A stretch of 64,000 bases of DNA. Origin: Candidatus Poribacteria bacterium. GTDB taxonomy: Bacteria > Poribacteria > WGA-4E > PCPOR2b. Location of the stretch: NCBI GenBank assembly GCA_965116925.1, contig OZ220744.1, forward strand, positions 2,112,001 to 2,176,000, written 5' to 3'. Below the pieces are notes generated by a model. That model ran no database searches, was not told where the DNA came from, and saw only the letters and a list, made by a program, of their open reading frames with translations. A program made the translations under genes and the position numbers. Shown one piece after another: positions 19,331 to 29,645 of this stretch; the stretch's first letter is position 1, and each line of letters starts with the position of its first letter.

Positions 19331-21400
19331 ATGCGAACTTTTGGTGCCAATGTTAATGGTTACCACGACGTTTCAGATCAGATGATTGATAATCTGCGTC
19401 GACGGGCAGAAGCGCACTTCCGTCGGCAGGAAGTAGAAAAAGCAGGGTTGACATCGATCGCTGCTTTTGAGGAACACCGCAAACGGGTGCGCGATCACTT
19501 TATGACCGCTATCGGTGGATTGCCGGAAGAACGTACACCGTTGAACGTGCAATGTACGGGTAGCGTCGATCGCGGTGGATTTACAATCGAGAAGTTAATC
19601 TATGAAAGCCTGCCCGAATTTTATGTCACGGCTGCACTGTACCTCCCGAAAGGCATCGTCTCTCCCCAACCCGCCGTTGTTTTCGTGCATGGACATAGTG
19701 ATCTTGGAAAGTCTTATCCGGTCTATCAGGCGGTGTGCGTTGACCTTGCTGCGAACGGCTTTGTCGTGCTTGCGGTTGATCCACCGGGTCAGGGTGAGCG
19801 ATTTCAGTATTTCGATCCAGAAAAAGGTGAGCGGATTATTGGTGGTTGCACAACGGAGCACACCTACGCTGGACTACAATTTACCCTCGGCGGTGCTAGC
19901 ATCGGTCGGCATTTTATTTGGGACGTTATGCGCGGCATTGATTACTTGGAAACACGTCCAGAGGTTGACCCGACGCGCATCGGCTTAACTGGCAATTCGG
20001 GCGGAGGCACCCAATCCTGCTTGCTGATGATGAGCGAACCGCGCTTTGCGATATCCGTGCCGTGTACTTTCGTTATGACGTTGGAGTCTTACATGAAAAC
20101 GGGACAGGCACAGGACAGCGAACAGATTGTGCCGGGCTGTTTCGTCAACGGACCTGACCATGACGATTATATCACCGCTATGGCACCGAAGCCGGTACTC
20201 GTCGGTGCAGCAGCTTACGACTACTTCCCAATTGAAGGCGCGATCGAAGCTGTGGAAAGAGCCAAGCGGATCTATTCTCTCTATGATGCCGAAGACAAAG
20301 TTGACATCGCAATTGCCCCGACGCGGCATCAGTATTCCTCATATCTGCGTGAAGCGTGTGTCAACTGGTACAAGCGGCATTTTCGCGGTGAATCGCCCGA
20401 CTTTACAACCGGTGAATTGGAAACTTTGCCTGATGAGGCACTCTGGGCAACACCAAACGGTCAAGTACTTGATCTGTATCCGAACAGTAGAACGGTGTTC
20501 GACCTTAACAGGGAACGGTTAGAAGTCTCACATGTCTCCGGATTTGGGATTAACCACAGTGTAGGTCAGAATGGGTACGATACAGATCAGATGCGAGAAA
20601 CAGTCACGGAAGTTCTCGGAATTCCAGAGGGACGTAATCAAAAGATCTATCCTCGCATTGTCGCTGAAAATGTCGTTGATGGTTACCAGACGGAGGAGAT
20701 TTTTTTCTTCAGCGAACCCAATATCGTGGTTACCGGGACCTTCATCCACCCACTTGAAGGAACTACTGTTGAACAGACCGACCTGATTCTGTTTGAAAAT
20801 GGCACAAACGATACCCCTGACAAACAGGAATGGCTCGAAGCGCGGCTTGCATCCGGTCGCCAGTTGTTTGTCTTTGACCCGCGTGGCATCGGCGGTGTGC
20901 AGGCGCGCCCGTTCAATCGAGGCGGCAATCCGCATGGAAGCGAATATAAACTCGGTTCGGATGCCATGATGCTCGGTATCTCAACGATGGGCTTACGCGT
21001 CTTTGACATCCTGCGTGGATATGACTATCTCCGCACACGGGCAGATGTTGATCAGATCGGGCTATACGGAATCGGCAAAAGTGCGTTTTACGCCTACTTC
21101 GCTGGGGTGTTAGAGGACGGATTTGCATCGCTCGAATTTGAAGATCTGCTCTACTCATATCGCAACCTGACGAACACGCGCTACTACGATCAAGAACGCT
21201 ACGATCTCGAAGTCATGGCGTGGGGAATCCTACGACACTTCGATCTGGTGGAGTTGGCAGCGTGCTTTGGAAATCGTCCCGTCCAATGGGTTGCACCGAG
21301 AAATGCCAAAGGGGAAATTTTGACAGATGAAGTGTTTGATCGAGAATTTCTCACTGCTGCGAGGGAACGGGGATATTTGGGTGAAGGGACAAGGGCGTGA
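19331..21400 (+). CDS. Acetylxylan-esterase-like tandem alpha/beta hydrolase
   Basis: VFVHGH, DPPGQGER, RIGLTGNSGGG nucleophile elbow, second degenerate alpha/beta domain. Confidence 0.85.
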   Translation: MRTFGANVNGYHDVSDQMIDNLRRRAEAHFRRQEVEKAGLTSIAAFEEHRKRVRDHFMTAIGGLPEERTPLNVQCTGSVDRGGFTIEKLIYESLPEFYVTAALYLPKGIVSPQPAVVFVHGHSDLGKSYPVYQAVCVDLAANGFVVLAVDPPGQGERFQYFDPEKGERIIGGCTTEHTYAGLQFTLGGASIGRHFIWDVMRGIDYLETRPEVDPTRIGLTGNSGGGTQSCLLMMSEPRFAISVPCTFVMTLESYMKTGQAQDSEQIVPGCFVNGPDHDDYITAMAPKPVLVGAAAYDYFPIEGAIEAVERAKRIYSLYDAEDKVDIAIAPTRHQYSSYLREACVNWYKRHFRGESPDFTTGELETLPDEALWATPNGQVLDLYPNSRTVFDLNRERLEVSHVSGFGINHSVGQNGYDTDQMRETVTEVLGIPEGRNQKIYPRIVAENVVDGYQTEEIFFFSEPNIVVTGTFIHPLEGTTVEQTDLILFENGTNDTPDKQEWLEARLASGRQLFVFDPRGIGGVQARPFNRGGNPHGSEYKLGSDAMMLGISTMGLRVFDILRGYDYLRTRADVDQIGLYGIGKSAFYAYFAGVLEDGFASLEFEDLLYSYRNLTNTRYYDQERYDLEVMAWGILRHFDLVELAACFGNRPVQWVAPRNAKGEILTDEVFDREFLTAARERGYLGEGTRA

Positions 21401-21455
21401 ATATTTCGACGAGAGATAGGTGCACTGAATAAAGGTTCGCTTTTCTGTTTTGCTA

Positions 21456-21484
21456 TTGACGCTCGCTTAGGGGAATGTTATACT
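21456..21484 (+). promoter_or_regulatory. Sigma-70 promoter TTGACG-N17-TATACT
   Basis: Near-consensus boxes with extended TG, about 90 bp upstream of the gene at 21573. Confidence 0.65.
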
Positions 21485-21572
21485 GCCTTGAATCGCTAAA
21501 TTGAAAGTGGCAAGCCATTATCAGTCTTTTGCTGTACAAACGAATTCAGGGCTTCTACGAAGCGGAGGATGT

Positions 21573-23807
21573 ATGAACCGGAAGTTTATCCTGTTTTTAA
21601 TCAGTTTTTTCCTGTTATGGGGATGCCAGTCCCAAGATCAGAATACACAGCCAACCTCGAAACCGAAATCTCAACCGGAATCCCAGCTAAAAAGCCCACC
21701 TGTCGTTCCTGCGGTGCCGACCCGTCCCGAAGATTGGCCCATGTTCATGTACGATTTGCACTTTTCTGGTAGAAGCCCTGATCAAACACTCAAACCCCCG
21801 CTCAAGCTACTTTGGAAATATAAAACCGGTGGTCCCATTCAAGCAAGTCCTGTTGTTGCCAACGGCACGGTGTACGTCGCCTCCACAGACCACTGGCTTT
21901 ACGCGCTCGACGCAAAGCAATGGGGAATCAAATGGAGATTCAAAGCTGGTGGTATAATCCGATACGCGCCAGCAATTTGGAATAACCGTGTCTATTTTAG
22001 TGCACGAAACAATCATGTTTACGCTCTCAACGCTGAAACTGGTGAATGGCTTTGGGAATTTCGATCGGAAACGTGGATGGATTCTCCGCCGATCTTGTCG
22101 AAGGGAAGACTATATATTGGGGCGTATACCAAGAAGATCCACGTTATTAATGCGACAACCGGTGAACTAGAATCGCAGCCGCAGGGACGGGTATATATTG
22201 ATGGGATTGAATACGTATGTTCTCGAGGGCAGCTGCGTCCCATCTCACCTCAGCATAACGTCAACGCTTGGCGCGAGCTCACACCGCTAACTTACAGCTA
22301 TCCCGCAACCGCCAACGGTGTGGTGTATATCGGGGCGCGGGACAATCAGATTCACGCCTTAGATATTGAATCGCGTGAGGAGATCTGGTCTTATCCAACG
22401 AAAGGTTTTATTGATGCTGCGCCCGCTATTTCCGACGGAGTACTTTATGTGACATCGGATGATGGGTATGTATACGCCTTTACCAATCAGGAAGGTGAGG
22501 ATCCTCAAGTCCTACCACAGGAACGGACCGCCCAAACCTCGCCGGAGGAACGTCCAATCGGCACGGTGGTGCGTGATCAAGCTCCCGTTTATACGGAAAG
22601 GGATGCAGAATCTCCTATCAAACTGACCCTCAATGACGGAGTGGTGCTTCCAATTTTGAATCAAACAGAGGGGTGGTATGAGATTGAGCTTCCAAACGGC
22701 GAAGTGGGTTGGATGGACAGGGGCGGGATAGGTGTGTTTGTAGAGGCGGATGACATCCATTTCAACACAGCAATCTGTAAGTACAATCGGACATTGGCAT
22801 TGATTCAAGGGGCGGAATATCCCCACTGGTCTCCTCGTGGAAAAAGGCTTGCGTTTTTGAAGCGGACCAACCTGTCCGGGCAGTATTGGCAGGCGAGCGA
22901 GCTTTGGATTTCTGATGCTTGGGCAAAGCAAGCTCGGCCTTTGCATAAAGGTGTCTTTTTCAATCCCCATCTTTCGTGGTCACTTGATTCTAATTTTATT
23001 GCCTTTGAGGCTTACGATGAGTCAAATGAGAGTTATATCTGGGCAATTGATTGGCAAACGTTGCGCCTAATTAAGTTAGTCCGAGGCGACGCGCCTGCCT
23101 GGTCCCCAACCGCCAATCAAATTGCATTTAGACGTTGGGAAGACGGGACAGATGTCCTTTATCGGATTAATATCGACAAAACGGGCCTTACGGCAATGGC
23201 GAGAGTTCCAATTGATGGACGGATTGTACCGTTCAGCTATTTGGATCCGCCGGTGTGGTCTCCCGACGGCAAGCGTATCGCAGTTGGGCTAGACCACCAG
23301 CATTATCAGTCCGGGCATTCTCGGATTCGGATCCATAATGTGGATGGAACCAAGTTCGGGGAGATTCCTACCCAATCTCAGCGCGTTACAGAGATCGCAT
23401 GGTCGCCGGATGGTTCGCATCTAGCTTACGTGCTTCGGGGCAATCCAACACCAGATCCTGCACTTGATAAACAGCTGCATATTGTCAATGTTTCCGCGAT
23501 GGAATCCGCTAATACCGTTGGTAATAGGCAAGTTCTGAAGCATACTTCTCCGTCATGGTCGCCGCAAGGAAATCGGCTCGCATACATGGAACGCGAGGAT
23601 TGTATGGGGCTGCGTTGGAAAGTATGGATTCTGGACCGGGATACGAATCGTACCCTGCCGGTGGCGCGGACAACACTCTCTTTGACTGCTGTTACTTGGT
23701 TGCCGGATGGTCAACGTCTGTGTTTATGGCATACGTCAGAGTATTTGCGCGGTGGAGAGTACAAACCTGCCAAGACGAGAGGCTGGATTGTGGAAATCAA
23801 TCAATGA
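21573..23807 (+). CDS. Lipoprotein with PQQ-like beta-propeller, SH3b and TolB/PD40-like repeats
   Basis: Lipobox LLWGC, repeated LYALDA..W motifs, GWYEIELPNGEVGW, repeated WSPDG motifs. Confidence 0.85.
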   Translation: MNRKFILFLISFFLLWGCQSQDQNTQPTSKPKSQPESQLKSPPVVPAVPTRPEDWPMFMYDLHFSGRSPDQTLKPPLKLLWKYKTGGPIQASPVVANGTVYVASTDHWLYALDAKQWGIKWRFKAGGIIRYAPAIWNNRVYFSARNNHVYALNAETGEWLWEFRSETWMDSPPILSKGRLYIGAYTKKIHVINATTGELESQPQGRVYIDGIEYVCSRGQLRPISPQHNVNAWRELTPLTYSYPATANGVVYIGARDNQIHALDIESREEIWSYPTKGFIDAAPAISDGVLYVTSDDGYVYAFTNQEGEDPQVLPQERTAQTSPEERPIGTVVRDQAPVYTERDAESPIKLTLNDGVVLPILNQTEGWYEIELPNGEVGWMDRGGIGVFVEADDIHFNTAICKYNRTLALIQGAEYPHWSPRGKRLAFLKRTNLSGQYWQASELWISDAWAKQARPLHKGVFFNPHLSWSLDSNFIAFEAYDESNESYIWAIDWQTLRLIKLVRGDAPAWSPTANQIAFRRWEDGTDVLYRINIDKTGLTAMARVPIDGRIVPFSYLDPPVWSPDGKRIAVGLDHQHYQSGHSRIRIHNVDGTKFGEIPTQSQRVTEIAWSPDGSHLAYVLRGNPTPDPALDKQLHIVNVSAMESANTVGNRQVLKHTSPSWSPQGNRLAYMEREDCMGLRWKVWILDRDTNRTLPVARTTLSLTAVTWLPDGQRLCLWHTSEYLRGGEYKPAKTRGWIVEINQ

Positions 23808-23862
23808 GCAGATTGTGGGAGATCCAAGGACTCAGCAACCCCAGTGACGGAAAGGAATCACA

Positions 23863-24930
23863 ATGAAACAACTCATCTTTGATGACATCTACAGTTGGTC
23901 AATTTTCAGCGATATGCGTCAAGTTGATTTCAACGGACATTTATGGGTTCGTCCTGAGGGCAACATTCTCATAGATCCTGTCCCAATGATTGATTCGGAT
24001 TTGAACCAGTTTGATAAACTCGGTGGTGCGCGGCTAATCGTGCTTACCAATGCTGACCATGAGCGGGAAGCGGAGTTCTTTCGGCAACGCACAGGGGCGG
24101 ATATTGTAATCCACGAGGCGGATATGGCTGCGTTAGAGGTTGCGGCAAACCGTCAAATCACCGATGGTGAGGAGATTGTGCCGGGGTTGCAGGCAATCCA
24201 TCTGCGTTACGGAAAAAGTCCGGGTGAGATCGCACTCTACTTCCCCGAAAAGCGTGCGGTGCTGTCGGGTGATCTCATTGTTGGATCCCCAATTGGCTCG
24301 TTGACGCTGCTAGCAGATGAAAAGTTAGTGGATCCACCGAAAGCCGCGTTGGAACTGCGAAAAATCCTCGCTTTGCCCTTTGACGCGATTTTGGTTGGAG
24401 ATGGCCACTCAATTCTCCAAAATGCCCGTCAGCGATTGACCGAATGCCTCCAACAGCGCACAGATATCTACATTAATCGAATCAACATTGATGAGATTGA
24501 TTGGGCTAAACGCGATGCCCCCGAACCGTACGACTTTGAGGATAAAGATATTGATCCACTCATTGGGGCGCAGCTGTTAGGATATCGACTCATCCGCCTG
24601 CACCCCAACAACGCCAGTTTCCCCATGCACTTTCATCACTTCAGCGACGAGATGTTCTATGTCATGGAGGGAGAGTGTACGCTCAAAACACCGCGGGGCG
24701 ATCTGACGATTACCACCGGAGATTTTATCGCCTTTCCGCCGGGGGAGGCGGGTGCCCACAAAATAGTCAATACGGGGCAGGCACCGTGCACGGTACTGGC
24801 GGTAGGGATGAGTCAACCACACGGTGTCAGCGAGTATCCGGATTCCAATAAAGTCTTCCCTTATGTTTCTGGACGGTTGTTCCGCAAAGATAATAATGTG
24901 AGTTACTGGGACGGTGAGGTGGAAGAATAA
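23863..24930 (+). CDS. MBL-fold metallo-hydrolase-like domain fused to a cupin domain
   Basis: LIDP, LTNADHER, SGDL, LVGDG; cupin HFHHFSDEMFYVMEG...AHKIVN...EYPDS. Confidence 0.8.
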   Translation: MKQLIFDDIYSWSIFSDMRQVDFNGHLWVRPEGNILIDPVPMIDSDLNQFDKLGGARLIVLTNADHEREAEFFRQRTGADIVIHEADMAALEVAANRQITDGEEIVPGLQAIHLRYGKSPGEIALYFPEKRAVLSGDLIVGSPIGSLTLLADEKLVDPPKAALELRKILALPFDAILVGDGHSILQNARQRLTECLQQRTDIYINRINIDEIDWAKRDAPEPYDFEDKDIDPLIGAQLLGYRLIRLHPNNASFPMHFHHFSDEMFYVMEGECTLKTPRGDLTITTGDFIAFPPGEAGAHKIVNTGQAPCTVLAVGMSQPHGVSEYPDSNKVFPYVSGRLFRKDNNVSYWDGEVEE

Positions 24931-25060
24931 GCAGCTATTCAAAATGTCTCACGGGTTGGCTCATGTTAAGAAACCGTGCAACAGAAACCGAGTTTTTTCG
25001 GCAAAACTCGGTTTCTCTGTGCACTTTGCACTTTCTTTTGACATGAGCCCAAGAGCTTTA

Positions 25061-25946
25061 GAACCTGTTTTAAAAAGATCCATTCTACTCAAGAGTTCAT
25101 GTTTACGTTTATTCATTGGAGCTGTAAATACCATTCCAATGAAAGGGCTAAACATGACCCAAACAACCTATCCCACAGATTTGACCGATGCCCAGTGGGA
25201 CAACCTGTTACCCTATCTGCCAGAACCTTCACCGGTAGGCAGACCACTCAAATGGGGGTTGCGCGCAATTATCAACGCTATTTTTTATGTAGTCAAATCC
25301 GGCTGTCAATGGCGAATGCTCCCCCATCAGATGCCACCATGGCAAACGGTCTATTCCCGTTTCAGAAAATGGAAAACTGATGGCACATGGATTCTGATTC
25401 ATCAAGCACTTCATAACCAAATCCGTTGTGATATTGGCAAAGCCCCTTCACCGACAGTCGCTATCATTGACAGCCAATCGGTCAAGACGACCGAACTGGC
25501 AGATAGTAGCGGCTTTGATGCACATAAGAAAGTCAAAGGGCGTAAACGTCATATAGTCACCGATACCATTGGCATCCCATTGGGAGTCAAGGTCACCGAT
25601 GCCAATGTCAGTGATAATCAAGTCGCAATAGAGTTACTCAAAGAGGTCTTTAATTGGCACATAACGATTCAATTAGTCTGTGCTGATGCTGGTTATCGTG
25701 GAGAATTAGGTGACTGGTTATATATGGCGCATCAGTGTCGATTGGACATTGCGCCATCTGTTAAGCAATCAGGATTTACAGGGGTCCCATTGCGATGGAT
25801 TGTGGAGCGCACCTTTTCTTGGTTCGCTTGGTTTCGCCGATTGACTGTGGACTATGAACGGTCTGCTCAGACTGCTGAAGCTATGGTGTATATTGCTTCC
25901 ATTTACTTGATGCAAAACCATATCAAATGAATTTTAAAACAGGCTC
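25061..25946 (+). mobile_element. IS5-family insertion sequence (IS1031-like group), 886 bp
   Basis: 15-bp TIRs GAACCTGTTTTAAAA / TTTTAAAACAGGCTC (1 mismatch), flanked by TTA at 25058-25060 and 25947-25949. Confidence 0.9.
25154..25930 (+). CDS. IS5-family DDE transposase
   Basis: YPTDLTDAQW, GCQWRMLP, IIDSQSVK, GRKRHI, ADAGY, RWIVERTFSW. Confidence 0.95.
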   Translation: MTQTTYPTDLTDAQWDNLLPYLPEPSPVGRPLKWGLRAIINAIFYVVKSGCQWRMLPHQMPPWQTVYSRFRKWKTDGTWILIHQALHNQIRCDIGKAPSPTVAIIDSQSVKTTELADSSGFDAHKKVKGRKRHIVTDTIGIPLGVKVTDANVSDNQVAIELLKEVFNWHITIQLVCADAGYRGELGDWLYMAHQCRLDIAPSVKQSGFTGVPLRWIVERTFSWFAWFRRLTVDYERSAQTAEAMVYIASIYLMQNHIK

Positions 25947-25975
25947 TTAACCATCGGAAGGCTAGTTGTTATAAG

Positions 25976-26266
25976 TCATGTGTTGCGTTCCGTTTTGTCC
26001 ATTGGCTGCGCGGAGAGATCGGTTCGTGGGGGAATATCCCACGAGATATGACCACATACCGGACACTCGAGTTCTGCTTCAACAAGATTCCTAAACTTTC
26101 CTGTTTTCCGCGGCTTTCGTTGGGTGTTGCACTGTGGGCAGCGAACAGATCGTAAATCGTAAGATTCACCGCGCCCGAAACGGGTTAAGAGATAGAAAAG
26201 TCCCCAAATCGCTCCCACGATAGCAATACAGCAAAGGATAAAAAGTAGGAAAGGGACAATCTCCAT
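25976..26266 (-). CDS. Small membrane protein with a CxxC...CxxC zinc-ribbon-like motif
   Basis: N-terminal TM, CPQC, CPVC; 4 bp downstream of the preceding gene. Confidence 0.6.
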   Translation of the reverse strand: MEIVPFLLFILCCIAIVGAIWGLFYLLTRFGRGESYDLRSVRCPQCNTQRKPRKTGKFRNLVEAELECPVCGHISWDIPPRTDLSAQPMDKTERNT

Positions 26267-26270
26267 TCTC

Positions 26271-28304
26271 TCAAACCTTATGTAAGTGCAGCACGCTCAA
26301 GCCGTAAACAATCACGCTTGGGATTGTGAAGTGAATCCGCTCGTCAAGCGTTTCGTGAGGTAGGGTAGCCGATTCGCCCTTCTCCGGATAGAGCCACTCG
26401 ACCTTATTTACCAGACAGCCCTTCGGCACCTTACACGCTACTTGAACGGGTCCTGTTGGTTGCGGTGTTTCGATATCCGCTTCCTCATCCTGTCGGTAAT
26501 TGACCCAATGCAGCACCAAAGCATCATGCCCTTCGGGCATCCAAGCGCGTACCCGAACAAACCAAGGCGCGTCGGTTTCCAAGTATACTTCCCCAAGCAA
26601 ATCTTCCAAATCCCTCAGAAAACCTTGTCCAAAGGAATCAGCCTCTGGGGAGGGATATACCGGTAGTTGTACACCATCTCGCACTTCCACCGAATCGGGT
26701 TCCCATTGTCCCTCCGCGACATAGCACACACTTTCCGGTTTTGTGCTCTGGTGCTCCTCCTCGGTTAGCGTCCAATCTGCTAACAACTCTTCCGGGTAGG
26801 GTTGTCCGTCAAGTTGATGTTTTCCGGTGTCCCCTGTAAAGACGAGTTTTCCACCATTTTCGACGAACTGCTTGAGGTGTGCGCCCTCCTGTGGGGATAG
26901 ACGTTTTACGTCGGGTAGGATGAGCGTATCGTAGTTAGTGGCGCGATCGAGAAGTTGTTCATCGAGAACAGTGTCGAAGAGTAGATGCTTGTCCTCCAAC
27001 AACCGACCAATCCGCTTGAGCGGTTCTAGGCAATCCGATTCGTCCTCTAATTCAGCGCGGCGCGGATAGACCAGTGCTAGCTGGGCCCAGGGTTGGGCGG
27101 GATGTAGAAGGGCTTCATGATCGGCGAGAAAACGTTGATAGCGGATAACGGGAGCGTAGTAATCCTCCACAGCAAAATCCGGGTTTTCATCATAGCCCCA
27201 ATGATATGCAAGTGCTGCGGCATGGTTTGCTGCGGCTTCGGCAATCGACAGTCGCAAGCGACGAAAATCGTATTTGTTAATTACAAAAGGCTTGCCGCCG
27301 CCAGCCGCATAGATGAACCGAGCGGGCAGCCCCATATCCGCCAGATAACGGTGCTTGATGAAACTCATCCCTTTATATCCGCCCTGACTGTACCAGATAT
27401 AATCCTCGTTTTTTGCCCATAGCCCACTCGGCAGCAGGCTGCGCTCGTCATGGGGCATGAAATCGTACTTGTGATACCACTGTGCTAGCAGGAGATCCGG
27501 CTTCAACGATCGACCATACGCGATGTATACTTCGTCCAGTGCCTCTTTGCGGCGAAGGTGGGTTGCACGGTTGATGGTTAGCTGAAACCGTTGTGCCAGA
27601 TCTTCCGGACATTCTGAGGACGGGGTTAAGTAATCTGCGACTTCGGTGAGGTCGTGCCCCCCAAAAATCCGTCGCAGGTCGGTAGTGTCGAAGGCTTGCT
27701 GTAGTTTGTCTCGCACATAATCTTGGCAATAACCGCATTGGCAGAAGTACTCGAAGTTATGATGCACATTGAATCCATCTATCCCCAATTCGATGGCTTT
27801 TTTCACCATCGGCTTCAGGGTGGCAAGCCAGTGCGGATTGCACATGCAACCGCTATATGTTAGATACGGACGACCTTCGATGTCCCATCGGCGCAATGTC
27901 CCGTCTGCGAGTCGTTGTTGGGTATCCTCTGCGCTAGCACAAGGAGCTTCTCCGAGAAGATCCTCCGTCCAGATTCGTTCCCACGCACCGAACAGTCCTT
28001 GTCCTTCTTCGTGGTTTCCGTAGTTCCACGCCATGCTCATCTGCCCGACAACCCGCGCGCCGGCTTCTTGGAGTTGGGGGATAAGTTCCGCTGCACAGGC
28101 AAGGTTTTCTCTTACCCCAACTAGCGGCATACCCACCCAGTGGCGATTAACTTCGGGGTCGTCCGCCAAGCTGTAGAACATTGGTCCGAAGGTTCCCACC
28201 TGCACAACTTGCAATTTTGCCCTTCTCACATGCTCCACTAGATCTAGCCGCTGTGGGATACTCCAGTGTTCAGCCATGCGATTAAACCAGAAATTTTCTG
28301 CCAT
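26271..28304 (-). CDS. Hypothetical glycoside-hydrolase-like protein (TIM-barrel-like plus beta-galactosidase trimerisation-like domain)
   Basis: CMCNPHW...GIDGF...CQCGYCQ pattern and YDTLILPDV...FVENGGKLVFTG; RBS AAGGAGG. Confidence 0.6.
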   Translation of the reverse strand: MAENFWFNRMAEHWSIPQRLDLVEHVRRAKLQVVQVGTFGPMFYSLADDPEVNRHWVGMPLVGVRENLACAAELIPQLQEAGARVVGQMSMAWNYGNHEEGQGLFGAWERIWTEDLLGEAPCASAEDTQQRLADGTLRRWDIEGRPYLTYSGCMCNPHWLATLKPMVKKAIELGIDGFNVHHNFEYFCQCGYCQDYVRDKLQQAFDTTDLRRIFGGHDLTEVADYLTPSSECPEDLAQRFQLTINRATHLRRKEALDEVYIAYGRSLKPDLLLAQWYHKYDFMPHDERSLLPSGLWAKNEDYIWYSQGGYKGMSFIKHRYLADMGLPARFIYAAGGGKPFVINKYDFRRLRLSIAEAAANHAAALAYHWGYDENPDFAVEDYYAPVIRYQRFLADHEALLHPAQPWAQLALVYPRRAELEDESDCLEPLKRIGRLLEDKHLLFDTVLDEQLLDRATNYDTLILPDVKRLSPQEGAHLKQFVENGGKLVFTGDTGKHQLDGQPYPEELLADWTLTEEEHQSTKPESVCYVAEGQWEPDSVEVRDGVQLPVYPSPEADSFGQGFLRDLEDLLGEVYLETDAPWFVRVRAWMPEGHDALVLHWVNYRQDEEADIETPQPTGPVQVACKVPKGCLVNKVEWLYPEKGESATLPHETLDERIHFTIPSVIVYGLSVLHLHKV

Positions 28305-28409
28305 ATTTCCTCCTTAACTATGGTGAATTCTTCTCTGCATTTCTCTGCGTTCTCTGTGCCTCGGCGGTCAGGTTTGGATAAAAGCCGGCAACGATTAATC
28401 TTGTACTGG

Positions 28410-29645
28410 TTATGCGAGTGCCTCTAACAGACGCGAGACATCTTCTTGGTTGTTGAAAACAGAGGGAGAGATCCGCATCTTGTTGCCGTGGCGCATTGCG
28501 ACGTGAACGCCGGCGTTTCTAAGCTTCTCGATTGTCGTTCTTGGATTTGGCACCAGAAAAGTCACAATGGGGCTTTCGTTCCCCTTGGGGGTGATAGTAG
28601 GATAGCCGAGAGCGGGCAGTTCCTCCATCAGCCGATCGGTGAGGGTGCGTACATGGTTGCGAATATTGTGAACACCCAACCGGAGAATATACTTCAGGCT
28701 CTCTTGAGCACAGATGGCACCCTCGTAGGACGGATAGCTAACTTCGTAACAGGTGGGTCCGGGCGTTGGTGTAAAGGTGTACTCCGGTATGTCCGGATCA
28801 GGTGCTTCAACCCAAGGAGGGTAATTGAAACTTATACCTCCGCAATGCTGGGTGGGTTTCACCACAGTTTCTTGGAGGTCTGAGCGCACGTAGAGGAAGC
28901 CGAACCCCTTGACACCCATTAGCCACTTAAAGGTAGAACAGGCAGCGAAGTCGATGCCCATCGCTTGTACATCTACCGGCACAGCCCCTACGCCCTGAAT
29001 AATATCGACATAGAGATAAGCACCGTGCGCGTGGGCGAGGTCACTGATGGCTTTCACATCCGAGAGATAGCCGTTGACGTTCGATACCAGTGTTATGGAG
29101 ACCAGTTTGGTATTGTGATCAATTGCGCGTTCCATGTCGTGGTAGTTGATCTGCCAATCGCGGTGTTTGACGATGCGGAGGATCTCACCGTTCCTGCTGC
29201 AAAAGAGTGGCGATTCCTGTTCCCGCATTTTATAGTTGTAAAGGGATGCGGCGTAGTGCAGGTCGTGGGTGACGATGTTGCCACCGGAGAGGTGCTCCTG
29301 CATACCGTTGATTAGGTTGCTCTCTGCTTCAACAGCACTGCGGGCAAAGGCGATATCTTCCGGTTGGGCGTTGATGAGTTTGGCGAAAAGACGTTTGGAT
29401 TCGTCCCGTGGTGCTGCCCAAGGGGGCCACCACGGCTCGCCGACCTCGTGCGTGACCCAGTCGATATAGCGGTGTAGGGCAGCGGCGGAGTGAACACTGA
29501 GTGGGTGTGATGAGGCGTTATCGAAGTACGCAGCGGTCTTTGCCCGCGGAAAGTCGTTGCGGACTGCGTCGAAGTCGGGTTTTTCCACCGAGGCTGTAAC
29601 GGATGCCGGCTGCTCGTCAATAGAAGTGACTTGGTGATGATTCAT
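28410..29645 (-). CDS. Class V PLP-dependent aminotransferase / cysteine desulfurase-like protein
   Basis: YFDNAS, VDIIQGVG, CSTFKWLMG (PLP lysine), RISPSVFN. Confidence 0.9.
   Translation of the reverse strand: MNHHQVTSIDEQPASVTASVEKPDFDAVRNDFPRAKTAAYFDNASSHPLSVHSAAALHRYIDWVTHEVGEPWWPPWAAPRDESKRLFAKLINAQPEDIAFARSAVEAESNLINGMQEHLSGGNIVTHDLHYAASLYNYKMREQESPLFCSRNGEILRIVKHRDWQINYHDMERAIDHNTKLVSITLVSNVNGYLSDVKAISDLAHAHGAYLYVDIIQGVGAVPVDVQAMGIDFAACSTFKWLMGVKGFGFLYVRSDLQETVVKPTQHCGGISFNYPPWVEAPDPDIPEYTFTPTPGPTCYEVSYPSYEGAICAQESLKYILRLGVHNIRNHVRTLTDRLMEELPALGYPTITPKGNESPIVTFLVPNPRTTIEKLRNAGVHVAMRHGNKMRISPSVFNNQEDVSRLLEALA

Noticed and set aside
24914..25153. N-terminal extension of the 338-aa transposase ORF
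   Set aside because: It crosses the left TIR into flanking repeats; the family-typical start is at 25154.
29182..29222. Apparent short insertion (SPLFCSRNG) in the class V aminotransferase, between CAGGAA repeats
   Set aside because: Cannot be told apart from normal loop variation without an alignment.
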